Assembly (NCBI GenBank): GCA_041694835.1
Contig: JBGFRZ010000005.1
Span: forward strand, 1 to 16,492
Length of the DNA stretch: 16,492 bases
Source of the DNA: Ignavibacteria bacterium
GTDB lineage: Bacteria > Elusimicrobiota > Endomicrobiia > PHAN01
Direction: 5' to 3'
The stretch's first letter is position 1, and the number at the start of each line of letters is the position of its first letter. Position numbers and translations under genes: made by a program. Shown one piece after another: positions 1 to 11,492 of the stretch. The notes beneath the pieces were generated by a model. That model was not told where the DNA came from, searched no databases, and saw only the letters and a program-made list of their open reading frames with translations.

Positions 1-2033
1 ACTTCTTCGTAGCCGCTCGGCTCCATATTGTAGATTGCTCTTCCCTGCGATAGCGATCTTATGACCGTTGCGTATCCGAACATCTCAGAGAGAGGAACGC
101 TCCCTCTTACATAATTGATTTTTCCCCTGGCTTCCATGCTAAATATCTTGCCGCGACGGGAGTTCAAATCGCCTATTATGTCTCCCATGTATTCTTCTGG
201 AACTATCACTTCTATTTTCATGAGCGGCTCAAGGAGATACGGTTCAGCTTTTTTCATTCCTTCCTTGAAAGCGATGGATGCCGCTAATTTGAAAGCCATC
301 TCCGACGAATCAACTTCATGGTAAGAGCCGTCAACAAGCGTCACTTTTACATCGACTACTGGATATCCTGCAAGCACACCGCTATCAAGGGTCTCTCTGA
401 GACCTTTCTCGACAGACGGTATGTATTCCCTGGGTATGGCGCCACCTGTTATCTTGTTGACAAACTCAAATCCCTTGGATTTTTCAAGCGGCTCCATCTC
501 AAAGCAGACATGTCCATACTGCCCACGACCACCAGACTGTCTTATATATTTCCCTTCGTGCACGACTTTCTTCCTGAACGTCTCCCTGTATGCCACCTGT
601 GGTTTGCCGGTGTTGGCAACGACGTTAAACTCCCTTTTCATCCTGTCGACTATTATATCTAAATGGAGCTCACCCATTCCTGAGATGAGCGTTTGACCTG
701 TCTCATGATCGACTTTTACCTTAAAAGTCGGGTCTTCTTCGGAAAGTTTATTCAAAGCTATGCCGAGCTTTTCCTCGTCGGCTTTTGTGGCTGGTTCTAT
801 AGCCATTGATATCACTGGTTCGGGAAATTCTATAGACTCAAGAATTATCGGCTCATCCTCGTCGCAAAGGGTGTCTCCCGTGTAGGTTTTTTTTAGCCCA
901 ACAACAGCCGCTATGTCGCCTGCCGAAATCTCATCCACTTCTTCGCGCTTGTTCGCATGCATTATCACAACTCTTGAGATTCTTTCTTTTCCGGAGCCAG
1001 TTGTCGCATTATATACATAACTCCCGTTTGCGAGTTTCCCGGAGTAAACTCTCAGGTACGTAAGTTTGCCGATATAAGGATCGCTCTGTATCTTGAAAGC
1101 CAAAGCCGAGAACGGCTCCGAGGCGTTGGGTTTTCTTTCGATATCCTGCTTATTCTCGGGATTTTTGCCTTTTACCGGAGGCAGGTCCAGAGGGGAAGGC
1201 AGAAAATCCACGACGGAATCAAGAAGAGGCTGTATACCCTTGTTTTTGAAAGATGAGCCGCATAAAACCGGAACTATCTTTCCTGATATAGTGGAGCGTC
1301 TTATAGAATCGACTATCTCTTGTTCTGAAATCTCCATCCCTTCCAGAAATTTATGAAGAATGCTCTCGTCGAAGTCTGCGAGATGCTCAAGCATCTTCTC
1401 TCTGTGATGAACCGCTATCTTTTTGTAATCTTCGGGTATTTCAATTACTTCGAATTTTGCGCCGAGTGTCTCCTCAAGCCATACAATGGCCTTCATATTT
1501 ACAAGATCTATGACTCCCCTGAACGCGCTTTCGGCTCCTATGGGAAGGTAAACCGGAATCGGATTGGCGTTTAGCCTTCTTTTAATCTGCTTTATGCAGT
1601 TGGGAAAGTTTGCCCCTACTCTGTCCATTTTGTTTATGAAAACGAGTCTTGGAACGCCGTATCTGTCCGCCTGACGCCAAACTGTCTCGGACTGCGGTTC
1701 GACGCCGCTGACCGCGTCAAAAACAACAACCGCTCCGTCGAGAACTCTCAAAGATCTTTCAACTTCAATAGTAAAATCGACATGGCCAGGCGTGTCGATT
1801 ATGTTTATCTGATAGTCCTTCCACTCGCAACGTGTGGCGGCGGAGGTAATCGTTATACCCCTTTCCTGTTCCTGTTCCATCCAGTCCATAGTGGCGGTGC
1901 CCTCGTGGACCTCTCCGATTTTGTAAATTTTCCCCGTATAATATAGTATTCGCTCGGAAGTGGTGGTTTTTCCGGCGTCAATATGTGCTATGATGCCGAT
2001 ATTGCGAACTTTATCAAGCGCGTATTTATCCAT
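1..2033 (-). CDS. fusA: Elongation factor G (3' end truncated by window edge)
   Basis: Manual translation from ATG 2033: [30 protein letters not shown]...[13 protein letters not shown]...[10 protein letters not shown] (G1-G3 motifs). The frame ends in domain V ([15 protein letters not shown]) at the edge. Not in the ORF track because there is no stop in the window. An in-frame ATG at 2072 is an alternative start. Confidence 0.98.
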   Translation of the reverse strand, partial: MDKYALDKVRNIGIIAHIDAGKTTTSERILYYTGKIYKIGEVHEGTATMDWMEQEQERGITITSAATRCEWKDYQINIIDTPGHVDFTIEVERSLRVLDGAVVVFDAVSGVEPQSETVWRQADRYGVPRLVFINKMDRVGANFPNCIKQIKRRLNANPIPVYLPIGAESAFRGVIDLVNMKAIVWLEETLGAKFEVIEIPEDYKKIAVHHREKMLEHLADFDESILHKFLEGMEISEQEIVDSIRRSTISGKIVPVLCGSSFKNKGIQPLLDSVVDFLPSPLDLPPVKGKNPENKQDIERKPNASEPFSALAFKIQSDPYIGKLTYLRVYSGKLANGSYVYNATTGSGKERISRVVIMHANKREEVDEISAGDIAAVVGLKKTYTGDTLCDEDEPIILESIEFPEPVISMAIEPATKADEEKLGIALNKLSEEDPTFKVKVDHETGQTLISGMGELHLDIIVDRMKREFNVVANTGKPQVAYRETFRKKVVHEGKYIRQSGGRGQYGHVCFEMEPLEKSKGFEFVNKITGGAIPREYIPSVEKGLRETLDSGVLAGYPVVDVKVTLVDGSYHEVDSSEMAFKLAASIAFKEGMKKAEPYLLEPLMKIEVIVPEEYMGDIIGDLNSRRGKIFSMEARGKINYVRGSVPLSEMFGYATVIRSLSQGRAIYNMEPSGYEE

Positions 2034-2089
2034 AGTTTTGTTTGGGATGCAGCAATTTTGTCCCGTAATCATTTTTATCCCTGGTCCAA

Positions 2090-2178
2090 GTATGTAGTAG
2101 GTAGTATGTAGTATGTAGGGTTAGAAGTGGCATCCGTTCCCCCCTCTATGCCCCTACCTACTACCTACTATCTACTAC
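2090..2178. repeat. Inverted hairpin of 7-nt tandem repeats (GTATGTA/GTAGGTA vs TACCTAC), rpsG-fusA gap
   Basis: Left arm gtatgta gtaggta gtatgta gtatgta ggg; right arm ccc tacctac tacctac tatctac tac, overlapping the rpsG stop. Confidence 0.85.
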
Positions 2179-2657
2179 CATCTATAATGGGCAAATGCCT
2201 TGTTAGATTCGGCCATCTTGTGGGTATCCTCTCTCTTTTTGTAAGAAGACCCTTCTTTTTTGCTCGCAGCCAGTATCTCTTCGGCAAGTCTTGATGCCAT
2301 CGGCTTCCCCCTCTTTTCCTTCGAGTATCCTATGAGCCATTTTGTCGCAAGAGTCACTGATCTTCTATACGGAACCTCTACAGGTACCTGGAAAGTCGCG
2401 CCGCCGACCCTTCTGGGTCTAACTTCGACTAATGGCCTAATCGCTTCTATAGCCCTATTGAAAACTTCAATAGGATTTTCATTCGACCGCTCCTTTATGA
2501 TGTCCATTGCGGTGTAGAATATCTTCTCGGCAACTGTCTTTTTCCCTCTGAAATCGAGCTTGTTTATGAATCTTGCCACTATATCCGAACCGAAGACATG
2601 ATCCGGCGGTATAGTCACATTTTTCCTCTGTTTTGGTTTAAGTCCACCTCGTACCAT
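2175..2657 (-). CDS. rpsG: 30S ribosomal protein S7
   Basis: EVRPRRVGGATFQVPVEV and HKMAESNKAFAHYRW motifs. Start moved to ATG 2657 (GGAG at 2664-2667); the longer ORF start runs through a repeat hairpin. Confidence 0.97.
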   Translation of the reverse strand: MVRGGLKPKQRKNVTIPPDHVFGSDIVARFINKLDFRGKKTVAEKIFYTAMDIIKERSNENPIEVFNRAIEAIRPLVEVRPRRVGGATFQVPVEVPYRRSVTLATKWLIGYSKEKRGKPMASRLAEEILAASKKEGSSYKKREDTHKMAESNKAFAHYRW

Positions 2658-2674
2658 AATTAACTCCAAATCTA

Positions 2675-2740
2675 ACAAGAGCACAAGGCACAAGAACACA
2701 AGTTTTGACTTATGCACTTATGCACTTGTGCTCTTATGCT
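2675..2740. repeat. Inverted hairpin of ~8-nt tandem repeats (AGCATAAG/AGCACAAG vs CTTGTGCT), rpsL-rpsG gap
   Basis: Minus strand after the rpsL stop: agcataag agcacaag tgcataag tgcataag tcaaaa cttgtgtt cttgtgc cttgtgct ctt. Confidence 0.8.
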
Positions 2741-3115
2741 CTATTGTTTCGGTTTTTTCGCTCCGTATTTGCTCCTGCCTTGTTTTCTTCCGTCGACACC
2801 AGTGGCATCAAGAGTGCCTCTGATGATATGATATCTAACTCCGGGGAGATCCTTGACCCTTCCGCCTCTGACAAGAACTATTGAGTGCTCCTGAAGTCCG
2901 TGGCCTATCCCCGGTATGTATGCCGTAACTTCGAGTCCGCTCGTTAGTTTAACGCGAGCGACTTTGCGCAAAGCACTGTTAGGCTTTTTAGGTGTCGTTG
3001 TGTAAACCCGTGTGCAAACACCCCGACGTTGGGGGGAATTTTTCAAAGCCGGGGACTTGCTCTTCTTAAACTGAATTTCCCTTGAAGTTCTTACAAGCTG
3101 CGTAACTGTTGGCAT
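2741..3115 (-). CDS. rpsL: 30S ribosomal protein S12
   Basis: [22 protein letters not shown] and [17 protein letters not shown] motifs; AGGTG Shine-Dalgarno upstream. Confidence 0.99.
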   Translation of the reverse strand: MPTVTQLVRTSREIQFKKSKSPALKNSPQRRGVCTRVYTTTPKKPNSALRKVARVKLTSGLEVTAYIPGIGHGLQEHSIVLVRGGRVKDLPGVRYHIIRGTLDATGVDGRKQGRSKYGAKKPKQ

Positions 3116-3132
3116 ATATTCACCTTTGACAA

Positions 3133-3298
3133 GTTCAGAGACGAGAGGTCAGAGGACGGAGATGAGGGCAGTAGAGAATTAGTGGCTCGTGACTCGTGGC
3201 TCGTTGCTCGTGGCTCGTTGTTCGTTTCCTCGAGTCACCAGTCACTAGTCACCAGCCACTAATAAGTCACCCCTCGCCTCTGTTCTCTTCTCTTGAAT
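3133..3298. repeat. Nested inverted repeat with 7-nt tandem units (GTGGCTC/GTGACTC vs GTCACCA/GCCACTA)
   Basis: attagtggctcgtgactcgtggctcgttgctcgtggctcg ... cgagtcaccagtcactagtcaccagccactaat, enclosed by a purine arm (ttcagagacgagaggtcagagg) and a pyrimidine arm (cctctgttctcttctcttgaa). Confidence 0.85.
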
Positions 3299-3306
3299 TA
3301 ACTCTC

Positions 3307-3488
3307 AAATTTCGGGTCTTCTCCATTTTTTGTTGTGCGTATAAAAACAAAGTGTTTGAGCGGGTTTAATCAAGTGTGAACACTTGATTGCCTCGCAGTC
3401 CCGATTTATCGGGACGAGAATGAGCGAAAATACTTTGTTTTTACCCTTACCCAATGTTACAACAACATTTGGAGAAGAGTCGAAATTT
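3307..3488. repeat. Nested palindrome directly downstream of rpoC, containing the 39-bp dispersed repeat
   Basis: Arm pairs aaatttcg/cgaaattt, tcttctcca/tggagaaga, ttgttgt/acaacaa, aaaaacaaagt/actttgttttt; inner hairpins aatcaagtg/cacttgatt and gtcccgat/atcgggac. Confidence 0.8.
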
Positions 3489-6400
3489 TAAACTTCCTTA
3501 ACAAAACCCGTTCCGGCTGGTATCAGATGGCCGATGGAAACGTTCTCTTTCAGACCCCTCAGATAATCGACTTGACCTGAAGATGCGGCCTCGGCAAGTA
3601 TCTTCGTCGTTTCCTGAAATGACGCGGCCGATATAAACGAATCGGAGGCAAGCGATGCCTTTGTGATGCCGAGAAGTATTGGCTGCGCCTGAGGCGCTTT
3701 TTGTTCGGCAGCGTCGAGTTTTTTGACGACTTCGTTATAATTATTTTTAGATGTTATCTCCCCTGTTATGAACTCGCTGTCGCCGGGGTCTGTTATGCGG
3801 ACATTCGAAAGCATCTGCTTCACAACTACTTCTATGTGCTTGTCGTTAATCGTGACACCCTGAGTTCGGTAAATCTGCTGTATCTCGTTGACGAGGTACT
3901 CCTGAACTTCTTTTTCGCTTTTTACTTTTAGAAGATCGTGAGGATTCACCGCTCCATCAGTCAGCGCCTCGCCCGCTATGACTTTATCGTTATTATAAAC
4001 AAGCGCATGTCGACCGTGAGGTATAGAATGAGTCCTTTTTAATTTCGATATTTCGTCTTCCACTATTATCTCGCCGGCAGCCTGATCGATTGAAACGATG
4101 CCCTCTATCTCGGAAATTACAGCCGAGTTTTTGGGTTTCCTTGCTTCAAAAAGCTCTTCAACGCGAGGAAGACCTCCGGTGATGTCTTTTATCTTTATGG
4201 TTTCCTGCGGAATTTTAGCAAGTACATCGCCTTTCTCGACCTCGGCGTTGTTTTCTACGGAAAGAACGGTGTCAACAAGCAACGGATATTCGTGTTCGGC
4301 CTCTTTCGAAATGATGTTTATCCTTGGTCTCAACTCCCTCTGTGCGGGGTGGGTTGTTATGATTTTTTCAACAACACCGGTGAGTTTGGATTTTTCAAGT
4401 CTTAAAGTCGCGCCCTGTTTTACATCTTCCAGTTTCACTTTGCCGCTGAACTCCGATATTATAGGTTTGTAGTGAGGGTCCCAGTCGGCAATCTGCTCCC
4501 CCTTTTCGACCTTGACGTCTTTTGCGTATTTTATCTTAGCGCCGTAAGGAATAGCAAAGCTCTCTTTTCTCCTTGCCCCGGGAGTCATCACAGTCAATAT
4601 CATAAGTGTGTCGCGGCTGATTACTATGTAATTACCGCTCTTGTTTTTCACATACTTGAGGTTTTGATACTCAACTTCGCCATCTTCGGGAGCTACAATT
4701 TCGGATCTGAGTGATATCTTGCTGGCGGCGCCGCCAACGTGAAACGTCCTTAAGGTAAGCTGCGTGCCGGGTTCGCCTATCGATTGAGCGGCGATAATCC
4801 CAACCGCTTCACCTATCTCTACAATTTTGTTGGTGGCGAGATTCAAACCGTAGCACATCGCGCAAACTCCAATTTCTGCTTCGCATGTGAGAACGCTCCT
4901 GACTCTTATTTTCTCTATTCCGCCAGAAACAATTTTTTTCGCTGTCTCGGCGGTGAGCATCTCTTCTCTTTTCGCTATCACTTCGGCTGTAAGCAAATCG
5001 ACAACATCTTCTACGGGAAATCTTCCCGCTATGCGCTCTTCCATTTTTTCAACTATATCTTCCCCGCTCTTCAGATCGCCTATGGCGAGCCCCTTTATGG
5101 TGCCACAATCAGTCGCGCTTATCACAACGCCATGCCCGACATCGACAAGTCTGCGGGTTAAATATCCGGCATCGGCCGTCTTAAGAGCGGTATCGGATAA
5201 ACCTTTTCTTCCGCCGTGGGTGGATATGAAATATTCAAGCACATTTAATCCCTCACGGAAGTTTGATATGACGGGGGTTTCTATAATCTCACCCCCCGCT
5301 CCCTTTATTTTTTTCTGAGGCCTGGACATCAGTCCCCTTATACATGCAAGTTGTCTTACCTGCTGGCGGTTTCCGCGGGCGCCAGATTCCGCCATAAGAT
5401 ATATTGAATTCACCCTTGGCTGGCTCGGGACGAATTTTTCGTCGCCAACTTTTTTCATTTCGTCGAACACTATGTCGCTTATCTCGTCGGTGGCATGCGA
5501 CCATACATCTATTATTTTACTGTATCTTTCACCTTCGGTTATAAGCCCCTGATGGGCCTGGGATATTATCTTTTTAACCTCGCCCTGCGCCTTTTTTATT
5601 ATATCGGCTTTCCTGGCGGGAACAGTCAACTGATCGATGGATATTGAAACGCCGCTGTAAGTCGCATAGCTGAAGCCCAATTTCTTTATTTCATCAAGGA
5701 GTTTGACAGTTGCGTACGCGCCGAGTTTTGCGTAACACATATCAAGAAGAGCCGATAGTTCTTTTTTGCTCATGGCTTTATTGACATAACCTAACTCCCG
5801 CGGGAGAACGTTGTTAAAGAGTACCCTTCCTACCGTCGTCCAATCTTTCCAGTGAAGCGCCGACCTGGCCGTTTTAACTTCCGCGATATTATTGATTCCG
5901 GCAACTTTTATTATAGCCTGCAGATCGATTTTTTTCCTCTGAAACGCGCTCAACACCTCTTCCGTATCCGAGAATATAGTCCCTTCCCCAAGCACTCCTT
6001 TCTTCGGCAACGTAAGATATGCACAGCCGAGTATCATGTCCTGGCTCGGCACCGCTATCGGACGACCCGAAGCGGGTGAGAATATGTTATTCGTCGACAT
6101 TATCAGAACCCTGCTTTCAATCTGAGCCTCAACAGAAAGCGGAACATGGACTGCCATCTGATCTCCATCGAAATCGGCGTTAAAGGCCGCGCATGTGAGG
6201 GGATGAAGCTGAATGGCCTTCCCTTCTACAAGCGCCGGTTCGAAAGCCTGTATGCCGAGTCTGTGAAGCGTTGGAGCGCGGTTCAAGAGCACAGGATGAT
6301 TTTTTATTACTCTTTCAAGTATGCTCCAGACTATTGGATCCCCTGTTTCTAACATCTTTCTTGAAGTCTTAAGCTGGTTTTGCTTTTCTTTCAAAAGCTC

Positions 6401-7771
6401 TCTTAAGATGAAAGGGGTGAATAATTTCAGAGCCATTTCTTTGGGCAAGCCGCACTGATTAAGCCTCAGGTGAGGACCTACAACTATGACGCTCCTGCCG
6501 GAGTAATCAACTCTTTTACCAAGAAGATTCTGTCTGAACCTTCCCTGCTTTCCCCTGAGCGCCTCCGACAGAGATTTCAATGGCCTGTTGTTTGTACCAG
6601 CAACCACGGGATGCGGGCGAGACTCATTGTCGAATAAGGCGTCGACTGCTTCCTGCAAAAGTCTTTTCTCGTTGTTTATTATCACGGCCGGGGCGCGAAG
6701 TTGTATCGTGTGCTTAAGGCGGTTGTTTCTATTTAGTATTCTCCTGTAAAGATCGTTCAAATCAGATGAGGCGAACCTCCCGCCTTCAAGCGGAACAAGA
6801 GGTCTTAAGTCAGGAGGCAGGACGGGAAGCGTCGTCAAAACCATCCAACCGGGCCTTACGCCGGACCTCTTTAGCCCCTCTAAAACCCTCAACCTCTTTA
6901 TGAGACGAGAGCGATCGCTCTCCGTGAGAAATGAGCCTGATTTTTCTATCAGATAATTCTTGAGTTCTTTGCGGTCGCCTTTCTTTGCCTTAAGTTCTCT
7001 GAAAATAACGGGTATTTTTCTTTTGGCGGAGGATGTCACTCTGAAAAGTTTAGCAAGTTCTTCTTTTCTTTTAGCATCGCTTGAAAGATCGTCCAGCTTT
7101 GAAAGGAACTCATCTATCTCGTCGAGGCGGACATTTTTCAGTGAGGTTCTTATTTCCGATATCTCCTTGTCTATGTCTACTTCCTCTAGCATCTTCCTTA
7201 TGGGCTCGCTTCCTATGTCAACTTTCAGGCGGCTGCCGTAAACACTCGCGAGTTCTTCGTATTCCGTCGTAGTTATTATGTCTTTCGCCGAAAGAATTTT
7301 TTTTCCTTTGTCTTCAAGAGCCTCGGTCACGATGTAGTGCGTGAAGTATACGACTTTCGTCAACGACTCCATTTTCATGTTGAGAATCAGGCCGATTCTG
7401 GATGGGGATTTCTTCAAAAACCATACGTGGCTGACGGGATAGGCAAGTTCTATGTGGCCGAATCTCTCCCTTCTGTATTTAGATTCTATGACTTCGACAC
7501 CACATCGGTCGCAGACAACTCCCCTGTATCTGATTGTCTTATATTTCCCGCAGTGGCACTCAAGATTTTTCACCGGGCCGAATATTTTCTCGCAAAACAA
7601 ACCATCCCTCTCGGGTTTGAAGGTTCTGTAATTTATCGTCTCGGGCTTTTTGACTTCGCCGTGCGACCATTCGCGTATTTGCTCGGGCGAGGCCACGCTA
7701 AGTTTTATGGCGTTAAAAGCAGCGAAATTTAGTGAAATTTTCTGTTTTTTCTTTATCTTTTGTGTGAGCAT
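3488..7771 (-). CDS. rpoC: DNA-directed RNA polymerase subunit beta'
   Basis: Zn finger CHCGK...CDRC, catalytic [20 protein letters not shown] trigger loop with an SI3-like insertion, SAASFQETT. Confidence 0.99.
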   Translation of the reverse strand: MLTQKIKKKQKISLNFAAFNAIKLSVASPEQIREWSHGEVKKPETINYRTFKPERDGLFCEKIFGPVKNLECHCGKYKTIRYRGVVCDRCGVEVIESKYRRERFGHIELAYPVSHVWFLKKSPSRIGLILNMKMESLTKVVYFTHYIVTEALEDKGKKILSAKDIITTTEYEELASVYGSRLKVDIGSEPIRKMLEEVDIDKEISEIRTSLKNVRLDEIDEFLSKLDDLSSDAKRKEELAKLFRVTSSAKRKIPVIFRELKAKKGDRKELKNYLIEKSGSFLTESDRSRLIKRLRVLEGLKRSGVRPGWMVLTTLPVLPPDLRPLVPLEGGRFASSDLNDLYRRILNRNNRLKHTIQLRAPAVIINNEKRLLQEAVDALFDNESRPHPVVAGTNNRPLKSLSEALRGKQGRFRQNLLGKRVDYSGRSVIVVGPHLRLNQCGLPKEMALKLFTPFILRELLKEKQNQLKTSRKMLETGDPIVWSILERVIKNHPVLLNRAPTLHRLGIQAFEPALVEGKAIQLHPLTCAAFNADFDGDQMAVHVPLSVEAQIESRVLIMSTNNIFSPASGRPIAVPSQDMILGCAYLTLPKKGVLGEGTIFSDTEEVLSAFQRKKIDLQAIIKVAGINNIAEVKTARSALHWKDWTTVGRVLFNNVLPRELGYVNKAMSKKELSALLDMCYAKLGAYATVKLLDEIKKLGFSYATYSGVSISIDQLTVPARKADIIKKAQGEVKKIISQAHQGLITEGERYSKIIDVWSHATDEISDIVFDEMKKVGDEKFVPSQPRVNSIYLMAESGARGNRQQVRQLACIRGLMSRPQKKIKGAGGEIIETPVISNFREGLNVLEYFISTHGGRKGLSDTALKTADAGYLTRRLVDVGHGVVISATDCGTIKGLAIGDLKSGEDIVEKMEERIAGRFPVEDVVDLLTAEVIAKREEMLTAETAKKIVSGGIEKIRVRSVLTCEAEIGVCAMCYGLNLATNKIVEIGEAVGIIAAQSIGEPGTQLTLRTFHVGGAASKISLRSEIVAPEDGEVEYQNLKYVKNKSGNYIVISRDTLMILTVMTPGARRKESFAIPYGAKIKYAKDVKVEKGEQIADWDPHYKPIISEFSGKVKLEDVKQGATLRLEKSKLTGVVEKIITTHPAQRELRPRINIISKEAEHEYPLLVDTVLSVENNAEVEKGDVLAKIPQETIKIKDITGGLPRVEELFEARKPKNSAVISEIEGIVSIDQAAGEIIVEDEISKLKRTHSIPHGRHALVYNNDKVIAGEALTDGAVNPHDLLKVKSEKEVQEYLVNEIQQIYRTQGVTINDKHIEVVVKQMLSNVRITDPGDSEFITGEITSKNNYNEVVKKLDAAEQKAPQAQPILLGITKASLASDSFISAASFQETTKILAEAASSGQVDYLRGLKENVSIGHLIPAGTGFVKEV

Positions 7772-7776
7772 AATTT

Positions 7777-10700
7777 TTACTTTCTCTGTTTTTTCCCAAT
7801 CAGCTCCACATTCAATCCGAGCGCCTTCATCTCGGAAACCAAAACCTTGAACGACTCGGGTATGCCGGGCTTGATGGGCGGCAAGCCCTTTATTATTGAA
7901 TTAAACATACTGACTCTGCCTTCCTCATCGTCGGATTTTACCGTCAGAAACTCCTGAAGAGTGTGAGCGGCTCCGTACGCCTCAAGCGCCCATACCTCCA
8001 TCTCTCCTAAACGTTGTCCGCCCTGATGAGCTTTTCCGCCGAGAGGCTGCCTGGTTACCATACTGTATGGTCCGGTGGATCTTGCGTGCATCTTATCCTC
8101 TACAAGATGTATCAACTTCATTATGTACATATAACCTATGGTTACTTTCTCAAGGAAAGCCTCGCCGGTTCTTCCATCATAAAGCGTTATCCTCACGTTT
8201 TCATCAGGAAGATACTTTTCGGGAATGCCTTTTTTTATAAGTTCTTTTCGCACCGCAGATATTTCCGCTCTAACTTCTTCCTCGGTAGCACCCGAAAAAA
8301 CCGGGGTGAGCATCTGTGTATTTGTCATCGCTCCCGCCCAACCGAGCATCGATTCTAATAACTGCCCCACGTTCATCCTCGACGGAATTGAAAGCGGCGA
8401 TAAAATAACATCGACCGGCGTCCCGTCGGGCATCCTCGGCATGTCTTCTAATGGAACTATCTTTGAGATGACGCCTTTGTTGCCGTGACGGCCGGCAAGT
8501 TTGTCTCCTACCTGCAACTTTCTTTTTACGGCAACATAAACTTTTACAACTTTGTTGACAGAAACCCCAAGGTCGTCGCCTTTTTTTATATTTTCTTTTT
8601 CTCTTCTGTACGACTCATCAAGCTGTTCGCCTAAATCGGCGAAAAGTTTTTCGGACTTTTTCTCATCAATTTTGCTATTTATCTTTCTCTTATACCCTTT
8701 CATCGCATCTTTGAGATAATTCTTTTTCGATTCATAGTCGTCTTTAAGGAGTTCAAGCGCGCGTGCTCTTGATTTTTCATCGGTTTTTTCCTTTCTCACA
8801 AAAACCCTGGTGCCTATAACTTTACCTTCGAGTCCCGGGGGGAGACGAAGCGAAGCATCCTGGGTCGTCTCAGATTTTCTTCCGAAAAGCGCCCTTATCA
8901 GTCTTTCTTCGGGGCCGGACTGATGCTCACCCTTCGGAGTTGTTTTGCCTACAAGTATGTCGCCCCTCTCGACTTCCGCTCCAATCCTGATTATACCGTT
9001 TTCGTCCAGCTGCTGAAGGTCTTCTGAGCTGGCGCCGGGTATGTCTCTCGTTATTTCTTCAGGGGAGCCTTTCGTCTCTCTCGCCTCGCAGGTAAACTCC
9101 TGAATGTGTATTGATGTAAAAACATCGTCTCTTACAAGGCGCTCGGACACTATTATGGCATCTTCAAAGTTATAGCCATCCCAGGGCATAAACGCAACGA
9201 GCAAATTTTTACCAAGAGCAAGTTGTCCATTCGAAGTAGCCATTCCGTCAGCGATGGGCTGGCCTTCTTTTACTTTATCCCCGACGCTAACTATCGGCAC
9301 CTGATTTATACATGTGTCCTGATTTGTTCTTCTGTATTTTTTCAACGTATATGTGTCTATTTTTTGAACGTCGTTATATACCAAAATTTTATTCGCATCA
9401 ATCCAAACAACGTCGCCTTGATTTTTCGCCACAACCACAGCGCCGGAATCGACAGCAACCTTTTCATCTATGCCGGTAGCGACTATCGGGGGTTCGGTAA
9501 GAAACAAAGGAACGGATTGACGTTGCATATTTGAGCCCATCAAGGCGCGGTTGGCATCGTCATGCTCAAGAAAAGGAATTAACGCCGATGAAGCCGAAAC
9601 AACCTGAATGGGGGCAACATCCATATAACCAACTTTGGACGCTTCTATGTTAGGAAAGTCGTCATAATAACGCGAAGCCACGAGACCGCAAAGTTTACCA
9701 TTTTCATCGCAGGGAGCATTCGCGGTGGCTACATAGTGTTCATCTTCTACATCCGCTGTAAGATACTCGATTTTATTTGTGGCTTTGCCTTTTTCAACTT
9801 TTCTATAAGGCGTCTCAATAAGTCCATATTCATTTACTTTCGCATATGTCGCAAGGGACACTATAAGACCTATATTTTCGCCTTCGGGAGTTTCGATGGG
9901 ACAGATTCTTCCGTAATGAGTGTGATGTACATCTCTGACTTCAAAGCCGGCGCGTTTTCTGTTTAGACCGCCCGGACCAAGAGCCGAGAGACGTCTTTTA
10001 TTTGTAAGTTCAGCCAGCGGATTTGTCTGCTCCAGAAACTGCGAGAGTTGCCCCGTGGCAAAAAATTTCTTTATACTATTTATGAACGGTGAAGTGTTTA
10101 TGAGCATGCGCGGGGTCATTGTGGCCTTATCTTTTGAGTTCAGATTGTCCCTTATTATTTTTATCATCTGCAAAAGACCGACCCTTATCTGATTTTCAAG
10201 AAGCTCGCCCACAGGTCTGACCCTGCGATTTCCAAGATGATCTATGTCGTCGGTGGCGCCGGAAAACTGATCCGAAAGATTCAGAAGAAACTTTATTGTG
10301 GCGACAACGTCCTCTTTTGTCAATGTCCTTCTGTGCTCGTCAGGCGGGTGGAAGCTTTTTATCTTGCTTTTAAGCTCGTTAAAAATTGGGCCGAGTTTTT
10401 TATTTATCTTATATCTTCCAACACTTGTAAGGTCGTATCTTCTGGGTTTGTGTCCAAAAATCAGGTCATCTAAATACTTCTCCACATGAGCGGGAACTAT
10501 GTAGTCCTGACTTTTCATTATCTTGTATATGTAATTTATCGCCGATTTTTTATCTTTTGTAGCGTCTTTTTTGAGGGTGAGAACAAAGGCGGGATTTTTA
10601 TAGACGGTTACGGACTTTATTTTTTTTGTTTTCCACAAGTCAAGGTGCTCTTTCCGTATCTCAAGTACATCAAGACTGTGAGAGCCATGAGATATTGCAC

Positions 10701-11466
10701 CGGAAACATCGCTTAAAATTTCCCCGGTTGATTTATCTACGACATCTCTGGCGAGAAATTTCCCTATGAAAACCTCATCCGGGGTTTTCCCGATTTCAAT
10801 CTCTTCGGTGTCATCAAAAAGCTCAAGTATGTTCTTGTCGGTCTCGTATCCGAGAGCCCTTAAAAATGTCGTGGCAAGCACCTTTTTTCTGCGCTCAAGT
10901 TTAACGTAGAGGATGTTGTTCTGATCGAATTCAACCTCTATCCAGGCTCCACGATACGGAATTATTCTGGCGACATAAAGAGGCTTGCCATATATTGAAT
11001 TTTTCTGCTCCTCGTCTTGCTCAAATACCGCCCCCGGCGAGCGGTGTATCTGGCTAACAACAACTCTCTCGTCACCGTTTATTATGAAAGAGCCATTCTC
11101 CGTCATCAAAGGAAAATCGCCCATATACACATCCTGCTGGGCTTTCTCTTTAACGGTTCCGTCGTCTTTAACTATAGACAAAGCGAATTTTGCATACAGT
11201 GGGGCGCCGTATGTAGTATCTCTTTCCTTGCATTCTTCCGATGTAAACTTCGAGGGTTTCAGTTCGCAAGAATTAAACTCGAGTCGCGAAGAGCCGTCCG
11301 CACTTTCAACCGGAAAAACCTCATGAAAAATAGCGGAAAGACCTTTTGCGTTCTTTCCTCCACTTACGCCGATAAGACGCTCGAAAGATTTTTTCTGGAT
11401 ATCCAAAAGCGGCGGCATCTCCAGCGCGGGATTTATTTTCGCAAAACTTTTTCTCTTTATTTTCAT
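7777..11466 (-). CDS. rpoB: DNA-directed RNA polymerase subunit beta
   Basis: DDIDHLGNRRVR, KRRLSALGPGG, GDKLAGRHGNKG, GGQRLGEMEVWALEAYGA. Confidence 0.99.
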   Translation of the reverse strand: MKIKRKSFAKINPALEMPPLLDIQKKSFERLIGVSGGKNAKGLSAIFHEVFPVESADGSSRLEFNSCELKPSKFTSEECKERDTTYGAPLYAKFALSIVKDDGTVKEKAQQDVYMGDFPLMTENGSFIINGDERVVVSQIHRSPGAVFEQDEEQKNSIYGKPLYVARIIPYRGAWIEVEFDQNNILYVKLERRKKVLATTFLRALGYETDKNILELFDDTEEIEIGKTPDEVFIGKFLARDVVDKSTGEILSDVSGAISHGSHSLDVLEIRKEHLDLWKTKKIKSVTVYKNPAFVLTLKKDATKDKKSAINYIYKIMKSQDYIVPAHVEKYLDDLIFGHKPRRYDLTSVGRYKINKKLGPIFNELKSKIKSFHPPDEHRRTLTKEDVVATIKFLLNLSDQFSGATDDIDHLGNRRVRPVGELLENQIRVGLLQMIKIIRDNLNSKDKATMTPRMLINTSPFINSIKKFFATGQLSQFLEQTNPLAELTNKRRLSALGPGGLNRKRAGFEVRDVHHTHYGRICPIETPEGENIGLIVSLATYAKVNEYGLIETPYRKVEKGKATNKIEYLTADVEDEHYVATANAPCDENGKLCGLVASRYYDDFPNIEASKVGYMDVAPIQVVSASSALIPFLEHDDANRALMGSNMQRQSVPLFLTEPPIVATGIDEKVAVDSGAVVVAKNQGDVVWIDANKILVYNDVQKIDTYTLKKYRRTNQDTCINQVPIVSVGDKVKEGQPIADGMATSNGQLALGKNLLVAFMPWDGYNFEDAIIVSERLVRDDVFTSIHIQEFTCEARETKGSPEEITRDIPGASSEDLQQLDENGIIRIGAEVERGDILVGKTTPKGEHQSGPEERLIRALFGRKSETTQDASLRLPPGLEGKVIGTRVFVRKEKTDEKSRARALELLKDDYESKKNYLKDAMKGYKRKINSKIDEKKSEKLFADLGEQLDESYRREKENIKKGDDLGVSVNKVVKVYVAVKRKLQVGDKLAGRHGNKGVISKIVPLEDMPRMPDGTPVDVILSPLSIPSRMNVGQLLESMLGWAGAMTNTQMLTPVFSGATEEEVRAEISAVRKELIKKGIPEKYLPDENVRITLYDGRTGEAFLEKVTIGYMYIMKLIHLVEDKMHARSTGPYSMVTRQPLGGKAHQGGQRLGEMEVWALEAYGAAHTLQEFLTVKSDDEEGRVSMFNSIIKGLPPIKPGIPESFKVLVSEMKALGLNVELIGKKQRK

Positions 11467-11492
11467 TATGATGTTAGTTGCCAGGTATAAAG

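Noticed and set aside
4190-4730. Large insertion in the beta' trigger loop
   Set aside because: It corresponds to the known SI3 (beta' i6) insertion found in many diderm bacteria.
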